Shown here: positions 53,794 through 64,000 of the stretch, one piece after another
How positions within the stretch are numbered: position 1 is the stretch's first letter
How the letters are laid out: each line of letters opens with the position of its first letter
NCBI GenBank assembly: GCA_002633005.1
Contig: NMRA01000973.1
Span: forward strand, 1-64,000
Direction: 5' to 3'
DNA from: Phoronis australis
Lineage: Eukaryota; Animalia; Phoronida
Length of the DNA stretch: 64,000 nucleotides
Translations under genes and position numbers: made by a program
Notes under the pieces: generated by a model
Told to the model about the DNA's origin: nothing
The model's input: the letters and a program-made list of their open reading frames with translations, nothing else
Databases searched by the model: none

Positions 53794-55699
53794 CATGTAG
53801 TACATCATTGTTGCGGTGTTTTGGGTGGTAATAATTCTGCCCCATCAAAAAACAGTAAGAAAGCTTTATTGTCTAAGGGTAACGTGCCATCTGCTATCTT
53901 CTTATTAAAGTTGACTCAGGTGTCTGACTTACGTATTGTTTTCAAAGCATCGATCACGCATGGTGTGACATCACATATTTCTTATACTGCACAATCTTCT
54001 CCTGCTAAAACTGTCTCTATATCCATTTTGCACTCTTTTCGCTCGGTGTATTCTTCATCTTTGCCTTCTCTCTACTTTTGACTTCTTTATAAATGCACTC
54101 TTGTGGTCAAACTCTTTTCCTCTTATATATATATTTTTTTTGCTTGAACTGGTTTCGCAGCCCTCCTCCAAAACAATTTTGGGAATGCATCCATATTTTC
54201 TACTCTGAAACATTCCAAACCGCAGTGTTCATGCAATGCTAGATACCTAATCCTTAGGACTTGATCGCCGTGATCTGCGATACCGTGGCAAATTATTTAA
54301 GCAACGTGATCTGTTTAAACACAGAAGTAACAGCACTTGAAGTTGATTGATTGGAAAATTTTGTAAAATATTTTTACATCGATTTCACTCTGTCCAAAAT
54401 GGTTACATAAAATGGCCTAACACTTCTTATCTCACTTTAATACACCATTAGCAATACATCCATACATGTACATCCTATCTTTCTCAAGTCACCTATCCGA
54501 CCATACTTCGTACAGTTGGCTCAGGCGAGTCCGTACAGTCGTTTGTCTGGCGTTTGTTTATCAAGCAAACATTTAGCTGAAACTTTTGCACCACATGCAC
54601 ATCTTCATAAAATATTACTTACAGTATGAAATGCATTAAATCAACGACATAATGCATCCTTTTACAACAAACATTCACCGGTAACCCTGATTTTTTCACA
54701 GCATCGCGGCTACCGAGTCGCTGGTCACTAACGTGAGAAGCTCTCACCGCTTGTCACGACTATTAAGCTATTGGGCAGACTAGTTACTAATTACATATAG
54801 GGTCGATTTTTACATTTTAAAGACAATTTTGTTCTATTGGTGTTGTATTCCTACATCAAGTTGCTCATGACGACGCCGAACTCCTCATGACCAGTCCAAC
54901 CACGTAGTACAGGTCCCCACACCTCGGGAATACAACATTTGAATTAATAGATTATTTCCCATTGCATTACCTAACCTGGACGTTGGAGTGCGTTGCGATA
55001 ATTAGTCCATGATTAAACATAAAAGAAAAACTTCGGAGTATGTATCAGAAACGGCGTCAAAGAACATAATCATCATCTTTAATTAACCTTCAAATATGGC
55101 ACGTACCAAACAGATAAGAAAGTTCCAATAAGAACAAATTGGAAGAATGATTGGTATTAACGAATTTGAGTAAGAATAAGACGCTCGTTGTCAGGTTTTA
55201 TGCTTAGCCGATTACCACTTAAAGAGACATGGAACGCGAAAGCTCGTCGGAACATCCTTTAAACAATTCCTGACGAAAGTTCCATCTTGCAACGTCAAGT
55301 ACAGTAATTCACTGCCCCCTGTGAGAAATTTCCTGAAAAATCACAACATTCACGATTTTTGAAATACGCGCGAATGAAAAACTCTGAGGTAAGAGTTCCT
55401 GATCTCCTTCCCACTTATATTAAATGTGCGCATGCGATTGCAGTCATTTGCTTGATTTCGCAAAGGTCACATTTTCCATATAAGGGAAATGTGGGAGGTC
55501 GATGTCCTTGCATAACAAATAAGGAGGCGTGCTTTTTCTTGTGGCGACCAGTTGACAGATTGTTTTTGTTTTTGAAATTGGCGCTTTTGGGAGAGGGTTT
55601 ACGAAGAGAAGAATAAAAAGATCGCTAGCAGATGGTTACGGGCCTGGAATATCGGGCTGAGTGAACATTGAGCCACAGTAACATCAGAATAGAATATTG

Positions 55700-57030
55700 T
55701 GGTTCTGGGGAACGTTGGGGTTGTTCCAAAAAACCCTCGACCCCCACAGCCCACGAACACTTCGACCCACGACCCCCTCAACCAACAATCCCCTCGACCT
55801 ACGATCTGTTGCAATAGATGTATGTTTGCGATTTTTACACATTTTATAATCAAATAATGTCGCTTAATGACTTTCTCATAAGACTTACCTACATATACAC
55901 GCGAATCTGCTCTGGCTCAAGACTGGTGGTTAAAAACAGAAACTGGCGTAAGAACATGATCTGAAATAGCGAATTGTGAGCGTTCTATCGTTGCCATGGA
56001 AATAGTTCCACGAGCGGCTACCAGTGGCCCTGTTCAACTGAAGCTAGGGAAAGAGTACGTTAACGTGGATGCGCATAATTCCAGATGCTTATTATTTGTT
56101 TTCTGTTGTATATTCGTTTACAATATACTACATGTAACGTTGAGATACTTTTTAGTTAACAGTTTGTTTTTTCAAAGTGTATGTACTGAAAAAAATACAT
56201 ATTTGTCGGTTCCTTGCATGCTTCCGAAAAGCTTGAATCTGCCATTCACTGAAGAGCAGACGAGACGTTTGCATTGCCTGGAAAGACATTTGTAACATTG
56301 GTAGGTCTTTAATTTGATTTGGTCGCGTTTTTTCGGTTTTTGTTTTTCAAACTTGCCGAGTCGAGTATCTTTAACATGCTATGTCTCATTAAATCGTTAA
56401 TATGCAAATGAAGTATTATTTTACAAACAACCCTGGGTCTTCTGGTGTTCTGGAAGGCCTGGGGGTGTGTTTCCGGAAACCACCTAAGAACCAGTTACCA
56501 TTGCAATCTCGCAAAAGTTTTGTTTTGCAAGACTATTTTTATGTAAACGAGTATGGTAATATGTCATCTTTACTCTAATAGAAAAAGACACAGTTTTTAT
56601 TATTTGTTCATTTCATTGTCAAGTGGTGGTATTTGGAATTACTAGAGTTTTCTTTATGTTTACGTTTGTTTTTAAGTGTATCAGCTCTGGTGTTTTCTTT
56701 AAAACCGCATTTTATTTTCGAATTATTTTCCTGATTATACTGTACACACAGTTTTCTAGGAAGTCTCAACCGTGACGCTTGCTACAAATTAAAATATTCA
56801 AGCTTTTAATGAGACATGGCATCTTTAATTGCAAAAATACAGGGATTAGCCAGCCGAGCTCACAGTCGGACTCGTTAGTCCTGCAAGTCAGCACTTCTTC
56901 TATGTTAAGATCTAGTCGAGCTTGTTTAGACTGGGTCGAATGGATTGTGGGCCGTGGGTCGAAGGGGTTGTGGGGTATGGGATCCAGGGGGGTTTAGAGC
57001 AAATCGGATCCTTGTGTCCGAGGAATAACG
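55700..57030. mobile_element. Old TIR element with inverted subterminal cttcgacccac repeats
   Basis: Motifs at 55730-55800 are inverted at 56930-56995. Confidence 0.45.
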
Positions 57031-58845
57031 CAGAGGGTTCAAGTTGATAGTCAAGGGGCGAGCCGGAATAGTCTCTTAGGACTGTCGCTATCATCTCTTT
57101 TGATGTGCGGCTTTGGATTGGTGCATACGCGAATAAATTCCAACACTTGAATCACTGGAGTGCATGTTACATTGGAAGTAACATGTGTGAGTGACAGGTG
57201 ACTACATATGCGCGTGCTCACCCCTTGGAAGAAGAACTTGTTAATGTGCCTCGTTGTTTTCATTCGTGTCCCCTTGGGGGTAGAATACACGGAGGTATCC
57301 GATTCAGCAGAACACCTTCATCACTCGTTGATGTAACCTCAGCAGTCATTTGTAAGATTTACTACAAAGAAAGAAAATGGAGGACTGTGAGCAATTTGAG
57401 CCTTGTCAACACCTTTGTGAACCAAATTTTCTTCTTACTACAAATATTTCTGCAGGCAGCAGCATAAACAAAAGTCAGCGACAGTACAAAAATGCACGCA
57501 GGAGAGGCCCAACCATGGCTTTCCAATTCACATTTCTTAAACACAGCCAACTTAAGCACCGATTTGTCTGTACAACAGACCACAAACTATATCCACACGG
57601 ATTTACACTTCCTCCATCAGTCATGTCAGTTTCTTTACGTACAGCGTTACCTGTTGACAATTCGACCAGCCAAAAGGAGCGCCGGTGTACGAAAATTTCC
57701 CGTGGAAAATGAAATGATACCTGCGTGTCCTCTACCCCCTAGCGGACACTCAAAAACCAGCGAGGATAATTTGTTTACTTTCTTGCCATAAAAAGCACGA
57801 GACGGACATTGAAACAGGTCGTTACTTAATTGACGGCATTTCCAAATCACAGGCATGGGGTACCTACCCGCGACGGAGTGCGATATTGTCGGGGATACTG
57901 TTATAGGCCAATCAGGACATCTTGCATGAAAAATATATATTTTTCATATTTTTCATCACAGGGTTGAACGAGTGTGTGACAATTTATAACATACTTATGC
58001 CGTGATCCCAATTTTTTCGCGGCGTCCAAAAATTTGCAAACGTAGCCGAAAACGCTAGCCAATGAAAGGCGTCAAAGATCGGTTCTGATTATTGGCCCAT
58101 GTTCCCGCGCCATCTGTTCTCTGTTAGTGTCGAACGCGATAAGGCAACAACCAAATAACCGCCAGATTCGCACGAGGAGTTTTCCAGGTATCAACTAGGC
58201 TCCAAAAACTGGGCTGGCGTACGTGATAAATTCCAAGCCACATGTTGCGACTTGATACGAGATGACCAAAGTCTTGGCTCGAGATACCAAATTTAAGGTC
58301 ACAAATGTGACCTGCATATCGTTATGTCGAGAGTTCCGTTCTGATTGATTTCAAACGACACGTTGAACTTTCGCGTACTCGTAAGTGCGCATTGCTGGAT
58401 AGAGCTGGTCACTAATTAAGTCGTGTAGCAAACCAATTTTGTCTACAAGTTATTTCTTACCGACTGTACGGGTTCACTAGACTTATCCCCAGTCAGAGTA
58501 ATTGATTAAAAAATACTAAGCAAATACTTTTTGTTGAGTAATGCGTTTGCAGTAGCTTTTGGTTGGCGACTGGCTCATGTCCGCTTGTCTCCGATTCGTG
58601 TAATTCATTGCCTGATGTGTTTCACGCAACGACAAGTGAGCAGCACCAGGCGCATTTGACAGCCGCACTAAACCTTACGTTGGCAATTCATTGAGTCATG
58701 GAATCTCGAAGAAAAACAATCCCAAATACAAAAACACACCTAGATTAGTTTTCCAACCATTCATTTCGTCAAACAACAAATTAGTCAGTGCTCTGTGACT
58801 CAAAACTTGACAACTAATTAATACGCGCACAATTCTACTCATGTC

Positions 58846-59000
58846 CATGGGTGGCGCACCATAGGGGTATGGGAGGACCTATAGCTCCCCACTTATTTCA
58901 GTGGACATGGACGACGCACCGCAAAGGGGCTGTGAGGCTATGGCCATATCCCCCAACCCTCCCTCCCCACCCTGCTTATTTCAGTGCTGCGCCGCTAATG
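58846..59000. mobile_element. MITE of the same family with 5-bp TSD ATGTC
   Basis: atgtc-CATGGGTGGCGC...GCGCCGCTAATG-atgtc. Confidence 0.78.
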
Positions 59001-59697
59001 ATGTCGCGGGACTGTAAATATATAATTTAACCTATGATGTAACCTCTGCAAAACGTGAAGTTTGCACGAGCACACTTCTGCGCTGTTGCCGCGTGAGAAT
59101 AGTTGCAATCCAAGCGGAGCGCTGCCTGGTGACTGGTCGTCTGTGCACTGCAGTTGCCGGAAATAGCTCTGAGAAGACCGCACGGTATTATTACTTTGCA
59201 ATTTTGTGAATTCATTCATGAAGGCCTAATCTTAGGGCAACAGAAACTTTGCTTGGAAAATCCGCTGTTGTGACATTTTTACCGTCATTTGGCGACACAC
59301 TGGAAAATCCTATCGCCATTTTCACATTTTCTGTTGCCAAAAATGACGACCAGTCGAGAAAAACAACTTTTTGAGCTCCATAATAGCGTAGTATAGCAAA
59401 TCACAGATTCCGATTTCTCGCATAGAATTGGCGCTTATTAACTTGTGTTCTTTTATGAGAATAGAATTTTCATTTTACCTATCCAAAAGGCGTGAATGAA
59501 ATATTTTTCCTACACAAATATTCGTACGAACTATTATTCCCTCGGACTCCTACTGTCCTAAGTATTAGAGATATAACGCCATGTTTCAAGAACCATGTAC
59601 GAACCAATGGAGTGTACGAACTAATCGAGAAAATACCCTGAAAGAATTTAATGTTTTGATATTAACTGAAATTACGAATAAAACCTAAAAACACCTG

Positions 59698-60098
59698 GGC
59701 CCGGTCTCCAATCTTTTTACTCGAAATGGAACTCGAAATTAGGTTTGGCATTTTCTACTCTACTTTTGGGCGAACTCAAGATAAGTGTCTATTATTCTAT
59801 GCTTGAGTACACAATAACTTATGCAGATAATTTATTGCCCTTAGTTCACAGTTTGTAAACCCAATATTAAAGCAAAAAGTTCGATTTTGAACTCGAAATT
59901 TCGAGTTTTTACTCGAGTTTGTAGCAAGAATATAAGGGTCTTCAAGGGCAAACTTGAACTAGAAACTCCTATGCATAAACTATAATGTATTCGAGCACAG
60001 TCTGATAACCAATTATCTTAAGTTCGCACAAAAGGAGCAGAGAAATTGCCAAAAATAGTTTCGAGTTCGTTTCGAGTACAAAGATTAGAGACCGGGCC
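59698..60098 (-). mobile_element. PIF/Harbinger-like MITE with CTG TSD
   Basis: ctg-GGCCCGGTCTC...GAGACCGGGCC-ctg. Absent at the homologous gene A intron site (attacctggtg, ~20900). Confidence 0.85.
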
Positions 60099-60304
60099 CT
60101 GGTAAACATTTCGAATTCTGTTTCAGTGGCAGATAACCACTCTTAATATCGCTATATATATTAGTCTATTTATTGCGTTCCAGGCCCATGCAGCTTTATA
60201 AAAAGATCACTTTCTACCGATTTGGATTGGACAGCACACAACAGTCCCTAATCTGTATGTAGGCTAAATTATCACTTAATTGATTATCATGCCATTATCT
60301 TAAG

Positions 60305-60462
60305 GTTGCGCTCGTCCAGGCAGACTTCACATGAATTACGGCGAGACGTATTACGAGGCACGTGATGGCGAAAGATACAAGTGCACTTGCGTCAGAGGAC
60401 CAGATCCCCAGTTACCGAATGACACGTCCCATTCGCACATTAAATGTCTGGTTGTTCAATAG
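60305..60462 (+). CDS. Gene B terminal coding exon (CARPGRLHMNYGETYYEARDGERYKCTCVRG...IKCLVVQ*)
   Basis: Acceptor attatcttaag, phase 1, TAG ending 60462. 33/51 residues identical to gene A. AATAAA near 60596. Confidence 0.86.
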
Positions 60463-60784
60463 CAAACATTCCGAGTTTTCACATTGAACTGTAAAGAATG
60501 AAAAGAAAACATAAACAGTGACGTGAAGAATGACTTTTTATGTGCTCTGAAACTCCAAAACTTGATTCGGTTTGCGTATCAGTGTGCAACATTTGAATAA
60601 AGTGACTGAAATATATGAACATAACAAGCGGCTATAAAACTGTCTTCAAAAAGGATATACTTAAGCCAGATACAGAATTCATTTATGGACAAGAGATGTT
60701 CTAGTTATTGGTCTGTGGTCCAACGGATGAGAGATCAAAATAACAGTGGAAAATGACAGTATCATCATCTTCAAGCCACGTTAA

Positions 60785-62640
60785 AGGAGAATGCCACCCG
60801 ATTTAAATAATCTTTTTATCGTCTTAATCGGTGTATATCCACATAGCCTCTTATACAGTCGACCTCACCTTGCAGAGAGGTGTCACGTTAAAGGAGAATG
60901 CCACCCAAAAAACAACCTATTTTGTATCAATTTAGATGAAGTAGTTCTACTCAATAACGACAGGTTCGGTTGCGTTACCTGACACCTGAAGGCAGACGGA
61001 GGTGTTTAAATTATCCATGACGTCGTTGGTTTCGCACGCAGTCTGTTCAGCAGTTCACAACTGTTACACGGGTTAGTGGTGTCAGCTTATCGCTTGAATT
61101 CATCGTTCAACACCAATAAATCACCAAACTTCGATGTAAAACCCTTAAAAATTAATTCACCGAGTTCTTGTAAAAACGTGTTGTTTTATTTCGCTGTTAC
61201 GGATTTACTGGTATTTGGACACACCGTAACCTACAAAGTTCGGCAGGCCAATTTACCAAGGTGCGTAGCAGGAGTTTGGGGTCTGTTCGGAGATAAATTC
61301 GAAGTAATCTTCCGTGAAATACAGACAGGAGAACCTAGGTCTGTGTTGTTTATACTTGTGATTTTATTTTTTGACAAAACCGGCACACAAAACGCTTGTT
61401 ATACCTGCCCGATCAGGCCCGTCGCGGCCGGATTGACTCGTTATCCCGTCCAGTGCCTCGGAATCCGATCAGGTGCGTCGCGGCCGCCGGAACTGGCACG
61501 AACATAAACTAGCTGGAGTTGGAAACTAAACCTCCAGTCACGAAATGACTATAATAGTGAGCCAAAGAAATAATGTGCACGTAATTATTTATGTGAAGTA
61601 GCCACGCATCTGAAAATCTACTTGTCGGGGGCAGCGAAGTCGGATTCCCTTTCCACAGACGGTCATGGCAAAGTTTGGACAGTACCAACAATAGCACCTA
61701 GTAATTGCTTCACAACTGCTTTCTGTCAGCAAACACTGAATTAGCATGCGCTCACACGACCTCGGTGCCCTCTCAATTAATTACGTTTGTTGTCGGCATC
61801 AATAACCGGTAACGCAGTGGTTTATTCATTGCTGGCTTCTCAAAACATTTGAACTCACGAGCACACCAAGGCATTACAAATTGTATCTAATGAGACAGAC
61901 TTTGTTTCAGTTTCATATAAGCATTAGTTAGGATCATTTTAGGATGAGAATAATTCAGTTTGAAACAGAACGCAGAATAGTAAACGTCTACACATGGCAT
62001 GGCAACTCGCCCGTCGCCAATCCCGACTTAGTCAAGAGCTCATCCGATGAAGACTTCACGGGTCGGTTCTTTAGGTTTCACAGGTTATCAGTTCGAACCG
62101 GAATACACTACTCAAGAATTACTTGAGAGCCGCCGTGAACAAGCATAGGCAACAGAACTTATGGATACTTCTTTGGTAAGCCGGAATTCGTCAGAGAAAT
62201 TACTGTCGACAAAATGCCGGCCACAGACACGGAGAAGTTTCACGGTATCATACTTGTTATTAACAGCATAACTTTCATTCTTCACTACCGCATGCCACTT
62301 CCTAAGCATTTCGGGGTCTTGAGGAAGTCGAAGAAACGATATACCCGCTTTCTTCGCAGCTTCATAGTTCGGACAAGTGGGAACCAATGTACTGCAATGT
62401 AGCGGAATTCAGTCTGCAGACGAACCATTGACGTCGCTGCGTCGCTTCTCACCATGCCACCGACCGGAATAACATTAAGCGTTTTGTGTGTTTCGAACTC
62501 AAAAAATTCACAAGTATGAACAACAAAGATCTAGGTTCTCATGTCTGTATTTCACGGAAGATTACTTCGAATTTATCTCCGAACAGTCGCGAAACTCCTG
62601 CTACGGACCTTGGTAAATGGGCCTGCCGAACTTTGTAGGC
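60785..62640. mobile_element. Two nested, oppositely oriented Kolobok-like family A copies
   Basis: TTAA-AGGAGAATGCCACCC at 60781 (right end, inverted) and again at 60888 (left end). THAP ORF 62112-62387 (-) with C..C..W..VCGRHF. GYQFEPEY motif at 62083 (+). 62461-62640 is the reverse complement of ~61228-61412. Confidence 0.8.
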
Positions 62641-63750
62641 TAGCGAAGAGGGAATTCATAAAAATCGCGCACTTTGTGACAAGTTTCTGCAAATTGGTAC
62701 AACGTTAGGAATAGGTAAAACATTTCTAAAAAGCACCGCAAACAAACTGCGCTAATCCCCTGGTGGCTGCTACGCAAAAAATCCAATATGGCTGCCGCCG
62801 AAAATGGAAATTGGCATATTTCGGCTATTATCATCACCAGAGCATGTTGTAAATCCCTGTTTTCAATATTTTTGGGTGCGGGGAGTTTATTTTTGATGTT
62901 ATTTTTATGATTTTAGGCCATTTAAGTCTTTTCACACTTTCTCTGAACTAAAAATACCAAACGCTTGGCCCCGCACATTGTCTCCGGATAGAAAATGTCA
63001 AACGCTTGTTCCCGCGCAGCTCCACTCTTGCATCTATTTGTTATAATATTTTTGCTGGTTTGAATCAGGCTGTTTATAATGCTCAGAAGAAAAAATGTCA
63101 ATGACGGTACTCTGATGAGGTCGGTGAATCAAAAATGGTAGGCCTATGCTTCATCGGGATGCTCCATATCGAAATGGCATCTCAAGAGAGTGGAGGTAAA
63201 CTGTTGAACGGATCTGGATGGGACCACATGTTATCCCTAGACAATGTCTTTACTCCTGGTGTTGCACCATCTCCTCTGGGTGGAAAGCATGTCAGGCTTA
63301 TCAGATATGAATACCAACTCATTCTGGCTTAATGAGTTAAAGAAACAGACATATGATGATGAGTACTGTCATGAAAGCTCTGGACCNCTTGCATCTATTT
63401 GTTATAATATTTTTGCTGGTTTGAATCAGGCTGTTTATAATGCTCAGAAGAAAAAATGTCAATGGCGGTACTCTGATGAGGTCGGTGAATCAAAAATGGT
63501 AGGCCTATGCTTCATCGGGATGCTCCATATCGAAATGGCATCTCAAGAGAGTGGAGGTAAACTGTTGAACGTATCTGGATGGGACCACATGTTATCCCTA
63601 GACAATGTCTTCACTCCTGGTGTTGCACCATCTCCTCTGGGTGGAAAGCATGTCAGGCGTATCAGATATGCATACCAACTCATTCTGGCTTAATGAGTTA
63701 AAGAAACAGACATACATGTATGATGATGAGTACTGTCATGAAAGCTCACG
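62641..63750 (+). mobile_element. Academ-like element left end with transposase fragment
   Basis: TAG terminus and a ccaatatggctgcc subterminal motif. KCQWRY..GE..GMLHIEMASQ..G.LLNGSGW..HVRRIRYAYQ resembles Academ transposase. Confidence 0.65.
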
Positions 63751-64000
63751 AAAGCTTTGATATGTGGGAAAAACGAGTCTGCAATGCTCCATCAGTTTGT
63801 CACTGGAAAAGTGTAAGAGACTACCTGCTAATTTACTGTCGCTCCATTCGAGGTCAGAGACTGAGCGATTGGCCATTGACTTTGAAAGACCATGTGAAGA
63901 ATTGTGTACATGTTTTTTTTGCATGTGGACATACGAATTACGCACGCTGGAGCCAATGCACAACTTCCACAGACCCACCCTTCAGTGCACGAAAATTTCA

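Larger units (their letters stand above)
50604..54928. mobile_element. ~4.3-kb TIR insertion (about 65-bp TIRs) 25 bp after gene B exon 3, with nested elements
   Basis: The left end GGTGTGGGAACCTG|TACTACGTGTTTGGACTGGTCATGAGGAG is the inverse of 54860-54928. The flanks rejoin to match gene A intron 20140-20170. Confidence 0.75.

Noticed and set aside
57480-57560. YqaJ-like PWLGASP motif on the - strand
   Set aside because: It requires a frameshift and has no supporting flanking motifs.

Overview
Eukaryotic, repeat-rich genomic window, probably from a marine invertebrate (inference), in a gapped and heterozygous draft assembly. The ORF track is mostly noise. Reading for splice sites and comparing duplicated segments reveals two tandem paralogous 4-coding-exon genes on the + strand: gene A (CDS 15141-21275, 177 aa) and gene B (CDS 32833-60462, 182 aa). 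Both encode secreted proteins with a signal peptide and 12 conserved cysteines in three exon-encoded 4-Cys modules, two of which resemble FnI/VWC modules. Frames and GT-AG phases are intact, and the inter-cysteine loops are strongly diverged. An inverted intron-only remnant of a third copy lies at ~31040-31552. The rest is nested, decayed transposons: two RTE-X-like LINEs, two Kolobok-like families carrying convergent THAP and KolX-like gene heads, two Academ elements, a fragmented pogo/Tigger transposase, a Gypsy gag fragment, several MITE families and minisatellites. Several single-N-flanked tandem duplications are assembly artefacts.
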